Virus record (IMG/VR): IMGVR_UViG_3300042516_005631
Location: 31,455 to 95,454 of that record
Source: a virus
Length of the DNA: 64,000 nt
Direction: 5' to 3' (one strand)
How positions within the stretch are numbered: the first letter of the stretch is position 1; each line of letters opens with the position of its first letter. Under the pieces are notes generated by a model. The model was not told the origin of the DNA. It searched no databases and saw nothing but the letters and a program-made list of their open reading frames with translations. Below, one piece after another: positions 1 to 10,674 of this stretch. The position numbers were made by a program, and so were the translations under genes.

Positions 1-470
1 GCTGTAGTAGCAGCAGTAGTATTAATACCAATACCTGTAAATGTGGACATTAAACGAACATCTGAAATAGTAGCTGAGTAACCGCTAGTTTCATAGGTTT
101 GAGTATTACCTAAATAATTTAAAGTTTGAGGAGTAACTGCAAGTGAAGCTCCTTGAACTAATGTAATAGCAGAATAACCTAAATCAAGTACAGGTAATTT
201 AGCTGTTCCACGAGGTAAAGTAGCTAATTTATATTTCATAATTTGAGTTTCAAGAGGAAATGCCTCAAGTAAAGGCATATTATCAATTGCTTCTCCATAA
301 AATGATGAACCTGAGGGGTGATTTGGATTATATAATGTATAATCTATCTCGTCATCTGCTAATGCAAATTGTGTAATTCTAAAAGAACCATCATTTTTAG
401 CTAAAAGTTCTCTACCTTTTGTTGTTAAAATTGCGTCTACTGTGACAACTTGATTATTTAAATATCCCAT
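1..470 (-). CDS. Conserved virion structural protein, probably a baseplate wedge component; 3' end runs off the window
   Basis: Not in the ORF track. Hand translation from the ATG at 470 gives MGYLNNQVVTVDAILTTKGRELLAKNDGSFRITQFALADDEIDYTLYNPNHPSG. It follows the baseplate genes and has a late motif at 502-509. Confidence 0.7.
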   Translation of the reverse strand, partial: MGYLNNQVVTVDAILTTKGRELLAKNDGSFRITQFALADDEIDYTLYNPNHPSGSSFYGEAIDNMPLLEAFPLETQIMKYKLATLPRGTAKLPVLDLGYSAITLVQGASLAVTPQTLNYLGNTQTYETSGYSATISDVRLMSTFTGIGINTTAATT

Positions 471-511
471 TATTTTGTTTTATTGTAGATGTATTATACT
501 AATAAATATTG

Positions 512-3500
512 TTAGAGCAAACCTTTCTGTGTAAGATCCGTAATAAATGTATCAACATTTTTATTTAATGATGGAGTTACATATTCTGGGGTTATGATAT
601 ATGGTCCTTCTGTTCCAGTAGGTCTAAATCCTTCAATTATAATTTGTGAAGCATCATCAACATATCTTCTGATTAAGAAATGATCTAAATCAATTGATGC
701 TGAAGGTAAATTGTTTCCAAATTGGACTTCAATTGATCCTGTTTGAGATACTCTTTCATTATCTGTTTCAACAGTATTATATACTTTTTTAACAACAAAT
801 GCGCTATTTTCGTTACCCTCAAATCTAAATTCATCTCCGTATTTTATAGACCATGGTAATGATATTGGGTTAAATCCAGAACCAGAAATGTCAACTTGGT
901 AGAATCCTTGATCATAAAATTCATTTAATATTGAATTAGATGATGTTATAGCATATAATTTTGTATTATCTGGGTAACCCCAAAGTGAATTAATGCCTGA
1001 AGATGTTACTTGAACATTTGTTGGGGATGGGATTTGGCTAACTTGAAAATAAGATGAGTTCTTTTTAAATCTAATTCCTGGGGAAATTGGTCCAAGAGTA
1101 GAGGTAAAATGTCCAGCTCTTACAAATATTTGATCATTTGGTTGAAGATCTTGTGGTTGAATAGAATAATTAAAATCAATACTACTAAATGAAATATCAT
1201 TTGGAGTTACATTATTTGGTTGGGGACCAACGTTTATAGATTGAGCAATTTCATCTAATATAGTTTCATCTGAACCCCTTCTTTTAATTAATCTAGCAAT
1301 AGCATAATGAGTTTGAGCAGCATACACACCAGCTCTTAATACAGGTTCAATATGAATTTTAATTTGTAAAGTTACATTTTCATCAATAACGCCTTGATCA
1401 ACTACATATGCATTACCTGACCATAAACCTGGGGAACCTATAGATACAACATTATTGAAATCTATTCCTGAATAGTTTCCATCTGTAAAAATAGGAAAAG
1501 AAGCTGATGGAGATGCTTTAGCAGTATAATTATCTACTGCTGAGGATCCAATAAAATCTGTGGTAAAAGACATAGTAACATTATTCCAAGATGCTGGGGA
1601 ATGTCCTATTTGGGTATATAAAATTGGTTCAATGCGGGTACCTCCTCTAATTACTGTTCTAAATTGAGAGGCTACTCCACTTCCTTGAGTTGGAGTTGTA
1701 ATTCTAATTCTATCTCCAGTTTGAAAATTTTGTTGAATTATTGGAAGTGAATTTTGGGATGTATTTGGAATACTTACATCTCCATTTTCATCAATTAAAT
1801 ATTTAACAAATATAGCAGATGCATTCATACGTTCAGGTGGCCATCCTCCAATTGAAGGAGCATAAGCTACATATGATTTTACACTTTCGATAGTTGGAAG
1901 TTTACCATATGTTCCTTGATCTGAATATCCAGGAATGGTATTTGGTGGGGAATATTGGTTTAGTTGTTGAGATGTTGATTTTGAACCTAAATATCTTGGT
2001 GTAATTACACGTTGTGAGGTATAATTTGAATCTTGTACTTTTGCTCTAGTTGCATTACCATTTATAAGAGCATTAAAATTAACTGGTTCTGTTAAACCTC
2101 TTGAATAATCAACATCCATATAGTATGAACTATTTCTTAATTCAAAAGCGTTATTTAATAATGCATTTTGATCACTATTATAGAAATTTGGGATACTTAT
2201 GTCTGGTTCAATTATAAATTGTCCACTAGAAGCACTTACTGCTCTACTTTGGGTAATAAGTAAATTTACCCCAGTAAGATTAACATCCTTTCCTCCTTTT
2301 CTTGTAAGGGTAATTATATCTTGTGAAAGTCCATAATATGAAGCTGATATAGTTCTAGTTCCTGTAAATGAAGAGGGGAAAGTGGTAGTTGATAAATTAG
2401 TTATATTACCTCCTCTATTAAGTGAAATAGAACAGGTTCCTGAACTTCCTGCACCTGATTGGGATATATTAAAAGATGATGTAATAGAAAGTAATGTATT
2501 TGGAGTATTTTCTAAAGTATATTCTCCTGATGAAGTATTAAAATACCCAATAATATTTCCTAATTCAATATTATAATTATTAATAGGTTGTTCTACAGGA
2601 TTAAATGAAATTAATGTTGTTCTAGAAGAGGAAACATAATAATTTAATACTTGGTTTTCAGTATCTGTTGGATTATATGTGTTATAAAGAGAATTAATAT
2701 TATTTGAAATTAAAGTTACAGTATAAATAAAATATTGAGATGTTTCATTTAATTTAATAACATCATATACTAAATTTACATTTTCTCCAAGTGAAAAAAT
2801 AGGGGTAGGAATTATTATTTTATCAAATTGATCTAAAGAAATACTATAATCATTCCCATTAAGGTCAATTTTAGCAATTTTTAAATATTTAGGAGTATAA
2901 TTTCCTGGGGAAATAAGTTTTTCAAAAAACAATATTTCTCCATTTTCTGGGGAAGTAAGAGGGTTTAAATAATTATTTTCAAATATTAAATCTTCTACAG
3001 ATGAAGTACCATAGTAATATACAGGTTTGTAAATCATAAGTGCATTATCATTAGGATATGCTTCACCTAATACACCATTTGATATTAATATTGTAGATCC
3101 GCTAAATTCACCGTTATAAAACTCATCTTGTGAATTGTGTAATACAAGTACTGAACCTGAAGGAGTAGTTAAATTTTCGTACCAACTTTGAGATACATTT
3201 GAAATTGAATTAAATGAGTCAAATACGCCTCCTGTTTGACCTTCAAAATGCTCTACAGTTCCTTCTTGATATCCATTCCAAGTTGGTTTTAAAGTACCCG
3301 AAATATCTAAATTTTGCCACTCCATTTGTGGTTGTGGGTATTTATTTCTTTCAAGTAAGTGTTGTTTAATTACAATTCCAGCTGCTAAACTCGTACGTGC
3401 AGGTACAAAGTCTCGAATCATTTTAAATAATGAATTGTCAAAGAATTTAATTAAACGAATAAAATCAACTAGATCATAATTTTTAGTATACTTTTGAAAG

Positions 3501-6500
3501 TATTCATTTCGTAATTGATCTAAAGCAGGGTATGTAACAGCTGAAGATGATCTTAATCTTGGGTCTCCAATAAATTCACCTATATTAAAATATCCTAATT
3601 GATCAACTATATCTTCATTTATTTCATTTTGGGGAGAAAAAGCTACCTCTAAATAATTAATACTTGGAGTATAACTTTGAGATATATTAGCCATTTGAGA
3701 TAATGACATGTAAGGAGATAAAGTATCTCCCTCAGGTATTACGTTATTTTCTACTCTAATTTTATCTGAAACTGTATTTCTAATGCCTGCTATTGGTTGG
3801 TCAGCAAATGTATATTCTATATTCGGGACAAAATTAGGTGAAGCATCATAATAAAAATTACTATCAGAGGCAAATGAATGAGTTATTTGCCAAGATCCAG
3901 TTATTTTAGGATGAATTGAAATCGATGCTGTATATAATTCTCCACCAATAGAGGCTCTAAAAGCTAATTCATTTGGTGAACTATTTAATGTATTTCCCTC
4001 AATTGAATGTGGATTCATTGTATAATCCGTAAATACACTTTCACTTATTGGAACTGTATAATATCTAATTTCTTGATATGAACCTGTAAATGGTATAAAT
4101 GATCCTGCTAGAGTTCCTGCTTCATCATATACTCCAACATCATATGCTGATATGTCATATCCTACAGTACCTGAAATGGAGAAACTAACAGGAAAATAAC
4201 TTGTAGAAGTATTAGTCCAAGCGTTAGTAGCATATGTTATGGAACTAGATGCTTTAAATCCTAAAATAGTTCCATTATCTCCCCCCTCATATATCTTATT
4301 TTGGGAATGTAATGTATAAGTATCTGATTCTTTTGTAATCATTACAGACCACCATCCACCATCATAAAATGGTAAATAAACACTTGCGGTTTGACTTGAA
4401 TTATTTATATCTGGGTAAAATACTACATTAGCGTATTGATAATAAGGGTCAATTATTGATCCTGAATATGATCCACTTGAATATGCTGATCCTGTGTATG
4501 TTAAGGTTAATGCACTCCCACCATCTCCATACCATAAACTTTGAGAGTATAATATGTTGGATGTAGGTAAACCATCTGTTTTAAATCGAAATGCTAATGT
4601 TGCGGGAACATCATTTGGAGCATTCCAATCTGGGTTTAATTTCCAAGATGAAGAAATAAAATTGCTTCCTGAGGTATTAAATGCATAGTTAAATTCATTT
4701 TGCCAATAATCCCAATCATTGTAATCTATTTTATCTTTTCCACCATATTCATTAATTCTTAATATAGTATCAGGAATACCATATGAAGTTATTAAAGCAC
4801 GTAAACCAGGTAATGTTCCTTTTGCTTTAAGTAGGTATGGTAAGTTATGGTAAATACGTTTATATAGCGATTTATTTACATCATCTAACGGCATATAATC
4901 ATTAGATGCAGATATAAAATATTCAATATATTCAAATCCAGAAGGAGCAGGTAAAGAACCTGTCATATTTGGGAAAGGAAATAAACCACCTTGAGGAGTT
5001 AAACCTAAAAATGCTGTATATAAATCCTCGTTTGAAAAATTATTTTGATATAATTTAATCCCAAAATCACGAATAACATCAGCTACTATATCTTTTGAAA
5101 CACCGTATTCTAATCGGTTATCAGCATTATATTTTTGAGTTACTTCATTATAATATATCCAAATATTATCGTAATGTTGAGCAACCATTTGAACAAACAA
5201 TTCATACTGTTGGTTAGCTGGATCGTCTCTTAAATATTCTGGAATAGAGTATAAAAGATTATCTTTATTGGTATTGTCATATAATGATGCTGAGTAAAGA
5301 AGTCCTCCAAAATATGGGCTATATTCATTTTCACTTCCAATCCAAGTTAAAACTACTACACTATCAGATTTAGCTAATTCATATGGTTTTTGTGTGTTTG
5401 TTTTAGGCCAAGCGTATGGGTTATTTTCATAATATAAAAAATATTCATAACCATCAAAATTAGTTATAATATTATTTATTTTACTTTCATATACTGCCGC
5501 ACTACTACTAATTGAAGTAGGTGAATTAATTGTATTATTTAATACAGCAATAGATGAAGAATACTGTTCTATTAATTGGATTTTAGAATAAAAATTTTCT
5601 AAACGAGTTTGGGCTGAACTAAAATGGATATAGTTTTCGAATGAAGTATAATCTACATTTATATCAATTTCTTTTTCTTCTAATAAACTGTTTAATTGTT
5701 GAATTGAACTTGTTAAAGAAGTAGATATTAAATCACTATATGATAAATTTTGAGTTGAATTATTTACTCTATCTTTTAAATCTATATTAAAGTTAGGTCC
5801 ACTTATGTTTTCAAAATCAACAAAAACAATAGGTTCATCCTCAAATGTGACTTGATATGCTGATGGTTCTTCAAAGGTGGTTACAATCCATAATGTAGAA
5901 TTTATATCAAATTCCTCTGGTAAAGGTTCATATAATTTAACAAGTACTGTTGGGTTAGTTGGATCAAGATTATCTAACTGGATGTTATTAGCTATAGGTA
6001 ATTGGTTGTCTCCAAAATTTAAATAGAAATCTAGGAAATAAGTACTAGTTTCTCTTTCTTGAATAAATTGAGTAGTTTGTTCAACTATATCTAAATTTAA
6101 AAGTGTAGTACTATCTAAACGTAGTTCAGTTCTGTCTGAGGATATTTCAGTTATGTATAGTTGTTGGAGATCAGAGCCTATTTTTTTATTAAGAAAATTA
6201 AAATACGTTATATATTCACCTTGATCAAATCCATTATCTATAAGTAATTGTTCAGGATCTATTGTAATTTGAGATACGTTTCCATCATTTCCAGCAGATT
6301 GACCATCATTTTGTATAGTATAGTCAATAAAATTATAATCAAAAGTAATTATATTACGATTATTATCATATACAAAATATTCTATGTAACTTGAAGGTCC
6401 AAAAGAAGTACTTAAATCAAATGTTGAAATTAAATTTGTATCTTGTCCTTCATATATTTGAGAAGTAAAATCTTGTGTATCTATTTGAATAATTTCTGCT

Positions 6501-6505
6501 GCCAT
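512..6505 (-). CDS. Large baseplate/tail structural protein (1997 aa)
   Basis: Contains KGTLPGLRALITSYGI, resembling the P2 gpI/T4 gp7-type wedge motif. S/T/N/G-rich beta regions; lies in the baseplate operon. Confidence 0.65.
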   Translation of the reverse strand: MAAEIIQIDTQDFTSQIYEGQDTNLISTFDLSTSFGPSSYIEYFVYDNNRNIITFDYNFIDYTIQNDGQSAGNDGNVSQITIDPEQLLIDNGFDQGEYITYFNFLNKKIGSDLQQLYITEISSDRTELRLDSTTLLNLDIVEQTTQFIQERETSTYFLDFYLNFGDNQLPIANNIQLDNLDPTNPTVLVKLYEPLPEEFDINSTLWIVTTFEEPSAYQVTFEDEPIVFVDFENISGPNFNIDLKDRVNNSTQNLSYSDLISTSLTSSIQQLNSLLEEKEIDINVDYTSFENYIHFSSAQTRLENFYSKIQLIEQYSSSIAVLNNTINSPTSISSSAAVYESKINNIITNFDGYEYFLYYENNPYAWPKTNTQKPYELAKSDSVVVLTWIGSENEYSPYFGGLLYSASLYDNTNKDNLLYSIPEYLRDDPANQQYELFVQMVAQHYDNIWIYYNEVTQKYNADNRLEYGVSKDIVADVIRDFGIKLYQNNFSNEDLYTAFLGLTPQGGLFPFPNMTGSLPAPSGFEYIEYFISASNDYMPLDDVNKSLYKRIYHNLPYLLKAKGTLPGLRALITSYGIPDTILRINEYGGKDKIDYNDWDYWQNEFNYAFNTSGSNFISSSWKLNPDWNAPNDVPATLAFRFKTDGLPTSNILYSQSLWYGDGGSALTLTYTGSAYSSGSYSGSIIDPYYQYANVVFYPDINNSSQTASVYLPFYDGGWWSVMITKESDTYTLHSQNKIYEGGDNGTILGFKASSSITYATNAWTNTSTSYFPVSFSISGTVGYDISAYDVGVYDEAGTLAGSFIPFTGSYQEIRYYTVPISESVFTDYTMNPHSIEGNTLNSSPNELAFRASIGGELYTASISIHPKITGSWQITHSFASDSNFYYDASPNFVPNIEYTFADQPIAGIRNTVSDKIRVENNVIPEGDTLSPYMSLSQMANISQSYTPSINYLEVAFSPQNEINEDIVDQLGYFNIGEFIGDPRLRSSSAVTYPALDQLRNEYFQKYTKNYDLVDFIRLIKFFDNSLFKMIRDFVPARTSLAAGIVIKQHLLERNKYPQPQMEWQNLDISGTLKPTWNGYQEGTVEHFEGQTGGVFDSFNSISNVSQSWYENLTTPSGSVLVLHNSQDEFYNGEFSGSTILISNGVLGEAYPNDNALMIYKPVYYYGTSSVEDLIFENNYLNPLTSPENGEILFFEKLISPGNYTPKYLKIAKIDLNGNDYSISLDQFDKIIIPTPIFSLGENVNLVYDVIKLNETSQYFIYTVTLISNNINSLYNTYNPTDTENQVLNYYVSSSRTTLISFNPVEQPINNYNIELGNIIGYFNTSSGEYTLENTPNTLLSITSSFNISQSGAGSSGTCSISLNRGGNITNLSTTTFPSSFTGTRTISASYYGLSQDIITLTRKGGKDVNLTGVNLLITQSRAVSASSGQFIIEPDISIPNFYNSDQNALLNNAFELRNSSYYMDVDYSRGLTEPVNFNALINGNATRAKVQDSNYTSQRVITPRYLGSKSTSQQLNQYSPPNTIPGYSDQGTYGKLPTIESVKSYVAYAPSIGGWPPERMNASAIFVKYLIDENGDVSIPNTSQNSLPIIQQNFQTGDRIRITTPTQGSGVASQFRTVIRGGTRIEPILYTQIGHSPASWNNVTMSFTTDFIGSSAVDNYTAKASPSASFPIFTDGNYSGIDFNNVVSIGSPGLWSGNAYVVDQGVIDENVTLQIKIHIEPVLRAGVYAAQTHYAIARLIKRRGSDETILDEIAQSINVGPQPNNVTPNDISFSSIDFNYSIQPQDLQPNDQIFVRAGHFTSTLGPISPGIRFKKNSSYFQVSQIPSPTNVQVTSSGINSLWGYPDNTKLYAITSSNSILNEFYDQGFYQVDISGSGFNPISLPWSIKYGDEFRFEGNENSAFVVKKVYNTVETDNERVSQTGSIEVQFGNNLPSASIDLDHFLIRRYVDDASQIIIEGFRPTGTEGPYIITPEYVTPSLNKNVDTFITDLTQKGLL

Positions 6506-6867
6506 TATTGTGGGTTAGCTAATGTTGTTCCTGTTTGTAACTCTACTATTTGTTTTTGAGCATCAAGTAATTCTGTTCTTAATTGAGCTATTTCGTTTTG
6601 TAATGCAGTTATTTCTTCTTGATTTGCTTCAAAATTAATATATTCACTACTTTTTTTAATTAAAAATTCATGTGAATTAATTTCCCCAGTTTCAGGTATA
6701 TCGTAAAATAACTCATTATACATTTCAAAAAAATCATTTACAGTAGGTTGTTCATCAATCTGTTGTTGGATTGTTTGAACACCTAACTGTTTGAAAGAAG
6801 TATCTATAACTTTAGTATAATCTCCTTTATTATATACTTGTTTATTAAATGTAATATTTTCAGCCAT
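6505..6867 (-). CDS. Structural-module protein with C-terminal coiled coil
   Basis: 120 aa, translationally coupled to both neighbours; heptad pattern EITALQNEIAQLRTEL. Confidence 0.55.
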   Translation of the reverse strand: MAENITFNKQVYNKGDYTKVIDTSFKQLGVQTIQQQIDEQPTVNDFFEMYNELFYDIPETGEINSHEFLIKKSSEYINFEANQEEITALQNEIAQLRTELLDAQKQIVELQTGTTLANPQ

Positions 6868-8042
6868 TAATTAATAACTTTAAAGTAATAATCATCATCA
6901 AATATTAATGTAGAACCATTAATTATAGTTTTAATTAAAATTTTATAATATCTTTCCGGTTCTAAACCACTCATATAAACATCAAAATAATTACCTTTAT
7001 TGTCAGAACTAATTTGAGTATATTGTTCATCGAAGTTAATAACAAATTCATTGGTAGCCAAGTCTTTTATAGCATAGTATGAACTAGTTGGTAAATAATT
7101 TAAATTAGTAAATAAAGAGGATGTTTGATATACTCTAGTAGGGTATAAAGGACTTACATTAATATAAAATCTATTTACACTCTCTGGGTTAAATATTCCT
7201 GGGTTTTCAGCTAAAGACATTTTAAGGTCTGTTGTATTAACAACAGGTGAATTTTCTGTTATGACTGAAGTATAATCTCTCCATCTAAATTCTAATTGGG
7301 GAGGGTAAATAGTATTAGTATCAACACTATAATATTTTAATACAGGTTGAACATATTGACTAGTATTAAATTCTTGTGAACCCGTTAATTTAACAATAAA
7401 TCCATAATTTGGAATAGTATCAGTATACCAAGTTTGAACTATTGGTTTTACATTTACTGTTATATCTTTATTATCTCGTAATCCAAAAGATTGAGTTTGG
7501 GGTAATCCCATACTACTACCTTGGATAAATGAAGGGTCAGCATATGTGTATGCTACATAAAATAAATCTTCGTTATCATAAAACCAATTTCCTCCTCCAG
7601 GTTCAGAATAAGTAGAATTATATGATCCAGTATATCCATACCCGTTATATGATCCACTTAGACTCCATAATCCTGAATTAGAGTAATTGGAATAGTTCCA
7701 GGAGGCTCCATCTTGAACTTGGGGGCTATCTAAGTAATGACCTGTTCCATTATTCCATTGTTGAGCTATAGGTCTAATTTCCAAAGAAGCATCTAAATTT
7801 ATACCTTGTGCTGTAGCTATGAAATTTCTTAAAAATACATCGTATTCTTTTTCTCCAATTTTATTAACAATATCTTTTATTTCATTATTGTCAAATTGAA
7901 TTAAATATCTAGAAACTGAAGGGTTTCCATCTATACCGAGGATATTGAATGCTTCACATATTGCATCTAATCCAGTATTCATTGAAGGGTAAGAGGAATA
8001 TAGAGTTGTATCCTGTTGAGGGAAAATTTTATAAATAGCCAT
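6867..8042 (-). CDS. Virion structural protein (DNRLRE/CBM96-like N-terminal domain)
   Basis: DTTLYS..P..NTG...SRYLIQFD...NYGFIVK...PQLEFRW pattern; late motif at 8058-8065. Confidence 0.55.
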   Translation of the reverse strand: MAIYKIFPQQDTTLYSSYPSMNTGLDAICEAFNILGIDGNPSVSRYLIQFDNNEIKDIVNKIGEKEYDVFLRNFIATAQGINLDASLEIRPIAQQWNNGTGHYLDSPQVQDGASWNYSNYSNSGLWSLSGSYNGYGYTGSYNSTYSEPGGGNWFYDNEDLFYVAYTYADPSFIQGSSMGLPQTQSFGLRDNKDITVNVKPIVQTWYTDTIPNYGFIVKLTGSQEFNTSQYVQPVLKYYSVDTNTIYPPQLEFRWRDYTSVITENSPVVNTTDLKMSLAENPGIFNPESVNRFYINVSPLYPTRVYQTSSLFTNLNYLPTSSYYAIKDLATNEFVINFDEQYTQISSDNKGNYFDVYMSGLEPERYYKILIKTIINGSTLIFDDDYYFKVIN

Positions 8043-8069
8043 TTATAATGTTTTATTATAAATATGCAA

Positions 8070-9914
8070 TTATAAAGGAACTACTTTACCTTTTATATCA
8101 GAATTTGGATATCTTACCTCAAAAATACTAGGATCTAATGATGGATAAATAACTAAATTTTGAGTAGCTGCTGTTATATCATAAGCATATTGGGAATATC
8201 CTGAAGAGGTTCCTGCTTTATTTGATATAGAAATATTTTTTACTGTTTGGACTCCTGAAATTTTATCAAGTAAGATATATAGATCTCTTAATATAATAGG
8301 TTGGTTGAGTTGCCATTTAGAAATAATAAAATAATCTTGTAAAGCTTTAATGCAACTTAATAGTACTTCATTATTATTATATTCTGGGAGAACTATGATT
8401 TCAAAATCAACTCCTATATTAATTATAAATGCATCTCTAATTTCAATATTATCACCAATCATTCTATATTGGGATAAATAGGTTCTTAAATTATTTTTTA
8501 AAGCACTTCCAGCATAATCTAATTGGCCACTTGAATTTTGAGATAAAACATATAGATTTAAAGTTTCAATAGTTGATACTTGATTATCTGTTAATTTAGG
8601 TTGTTCAATATATGCTTTAGATATAGCTCCATAATTTGAAGGCATACTTAAAGCTCTAATTAAATAGTCATCTGCTGTAACTGAACGTTTTTGGGATGCT
8701 ATAGAAACTAAAGTATTTTGACGGATTTCTTCAATTGTATCTCCTGCTTTACCACCTGAAGCTGCTAATGGGTTATTTGCTGCTAATGAATTAAATATAT
8801 AATTTGATATAACAGCATTTAAATTTATTTGATTAAATTTAGCACTGGTTGGGGATACAGTTGTTAATGTATTTGCTGGGATATTAGATTCAACTCCTCC
8901 ACCACTTAAATATCTTACTGTTAATGTAGTGTTTGATGGAGCAATACCGTATGTTCCTGTGTATAAAAAGTTAACAGGTGAATATGCTGTGGTTAGTTTA
9001 TCTTTAATAAAAGGTAAGCCTATACCTACATTATTTGCATTTGGAGATATTTCCTCATCTATATTATTTGGGGATCCTACACCAAATTGTAATTGAATCG
9101 TATCTGGTGATATAATTCTAGTAGCAAAACGTCTTTGGATTTTTTTTAATCGAAGTAAATAAGCAGCATCTGTTCCAGCATTTGGGTCATTTATGTTAGT
9201 ATTTTTAATACTATCTAAAACCATTTCTTGACCTAAATGATCTACTTCATACCACTTATTTCCATCTGAATCTGTAACATCTAGAATTTGAAGAAAATTA
9301 TTTGATGTTAAATTTATTGTTGCAAATTGTTCGGGGGTAGTAAAATTAAATGTTTGGGTTGAAATGTTTGAGGAAATAGCATTTCTACTTTTCTTTAAAA
9401 GAAAATATTGAGGTACATTTCCTGCTATTTGGTATACAGAAACTTCAGTTGGGTCTTGTGAACTTGAAATAGAAAAATCAACTTTATCTTGTATTAAGAA
9501 TGTTGTTCCGTTTTGGGATGATATTGTTGAATTTTCTGAAATAGTTAGAGCATAATCATAATCAGGGACAATTTCACCTCCTACATTTTTAGCAGGTAAC
9601 TGTTGGTAAAGATCTACAGTTACTTGAGCTGCTGTTGAAACTTTTGGTTTATATCCAAACATATATGCTAATTCATATACATTATTATTTTGTTGAGCAT
9701 ATTGGATAAATGTTTCTTGCAATTGGTTATCTAAATAGAAACTTAAAACATCCCCAACATATGCTGCTTGTTCCATAAACATCATACCAGGTGATGCAGG
9801 GGAAAAATCATTATATGTGTTTGGGAAATATGTTTGAGCATATTCGATTAATCGTTGTCTAAAATCTGAAAAATCGCGATTAATGTATTTTATATCTCTA
9901 TTTGTATTAGCCAT
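8070..9914 (-). CDS. Baseplate wedge subunit (T4 gp6/baseplate J-like)
   Basis: Motifs RDFSDFRQRLIEYAQTYFPNTYNDFS, GDVLSFYLD, GG..GDTIEEIR and RSVTADDY; adjacent to the gp25-like gene. Confidence 0.85.
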   Translation of the reverse strand: MANTNRDIKYINRDFSDFRQRLIEYAQTYFPNTYNDFSPASPGMMFMEQAAYVGDVLSFYLDNQLQETFIQYAQQNNNVYELAYMFGYKPKVSTAAQVTVDLYQQLPAKNVGGEIVPDYDYALTISENSTISSQNGTTFLIQDKVDFSISSSQDPTEVSVYQIAGNVPQYFLLKKSRNAISSNISTQTFNFTTPEQFATINLTSNNFLQILDVTDSDGNKWYEVDHLGQEMVLDSIKNTNINDPNAGTDAAYLLRLKKIQRRFATRIISPDTIQLQFGVGSPNNIDEEISPNANNVGIGLPFIKDKLTTAYSPVNFLYTGTYGIAPSNTTLTVRYLSGGGVESNIPANTLTTVSPTSAKFNQINLNAVISNYIFNSLAANNPLAASGGKAGDTIEEIRQNTLVSIASQKRSVTADDYLIRALSMPSNYGAISKAYIEQPKLTDNQVSTIETLNLYVLSQNSSGQLDYAGSALKNNLRTYLSQYRMIGDNIEIRDAFIINIGVDFEIIVLPEYNNNEVLLSCIKALQDYFIISKWQLNQPIILRDLYILLDKISGVQTVKNISISNKAGTSSGYSQYAYDITAATQNLVIYPSLDPSIFEVRYPNSDIKGKVVPL

Positions 9915-9916
9915 TT

Positions 9917-10321
9917 TTAAAGTTGTATTTCTAAAGTATCAGTTATATTAGTATTAATTACTGAATATTTAAGGGTTACAGTAATTTGGTTTAAATCTTC
10001 TTGTCCAGCTACAATTAAATCTGCTACATTTATATTTGGGAAATATAATGAAAGTTTAGCATTTATATCTTCTCTAAGAAAATTTAAATTATCTGCTGTA
10101 ATTTGTTCAAATATAAAAGCACGTAATCCACCTCCAAAAGTCGGATTTAATGGACGTTCTCCAGGATTAGTTAAAAAGAAATTAATTAAGTTGTTTTTAA
10201 TGGCATCCTTAGTTTGATAATTTGAAATAAAAACAGCAGGTCCATTTAATGGAAGATTTACCCCAACAGCAGCATTTGCATTTAAATCAATTGGATATAT
10301 CTGTTGAGGGCTAAATGCCAT
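9917..10321 (-). CDS. Baseplate wedge protein (T4 gp25/gpW-like)
   Basis: IKNNLINFFLTNPGERPLNPTFGGGLRAFIFE is the GPW_gp25 signature. Confidence 0.9.
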   Translation of the reverse strand: MAFSPQQIYPIDLNANAAVGVNLPLNGPAVFISNYQTKDAIKNNLINFFLTNPGERPLNPTFGGGLRAFIFEQITADNLNFLREDINAKLSLYFPNINVADLIVAGQEDLNQITVTLKYSVINTNITDTLEIQL

Positions 10322-10656
10322 TATTTAGTATTTAAAAGTCCCATAATTTGGTCCATTCCTAATTCACCAGTACCTAAATTACCATTTACAGGATCACTTG
10401 ATTGAGGTCTAAATGTTGATTGAACGTCATTTGAGGTAAAACTTAAAGCTGTTTCTCCCAATACATCTTTATATTTTTGTCTCAAATCCATAGTTGGTTG
10501 AGTAAATGTAGGTTTTGGAGTTTCTACGGGTTGGATAGATTCTCTAATAACTGTTTTAGGTGAGCGAACTGCTTCTAAAAGAATATCTTTTAATTCTTCT
10601 TGGATTGCCTCTCGTACTGCTTCTTTAATTAATTTTTTTAATCCGTCGGTTTTCAT
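10321..10656 (-). CDS. Late protein with LKKLIKEAVRE N-terminal motif (putative head-packaged protein)
   Basis: Late motif at 10663-10670; repeated [LIV]xE motifs at the N-terminus. Confidence 0.5.
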   Translation of the reverse strand: MKTDGLKKLIKEAVREAIQEELKDILLEAVRSPKTVIRESIQPVETPKPTFTQPTMDLRQKYKDVLGETALSFTSNDVQSTFRPQSSDPVNGNLGTGELGMDQIMGLLNTK

Positions 10657-10674
10657 ATGATTATAAATATAGGG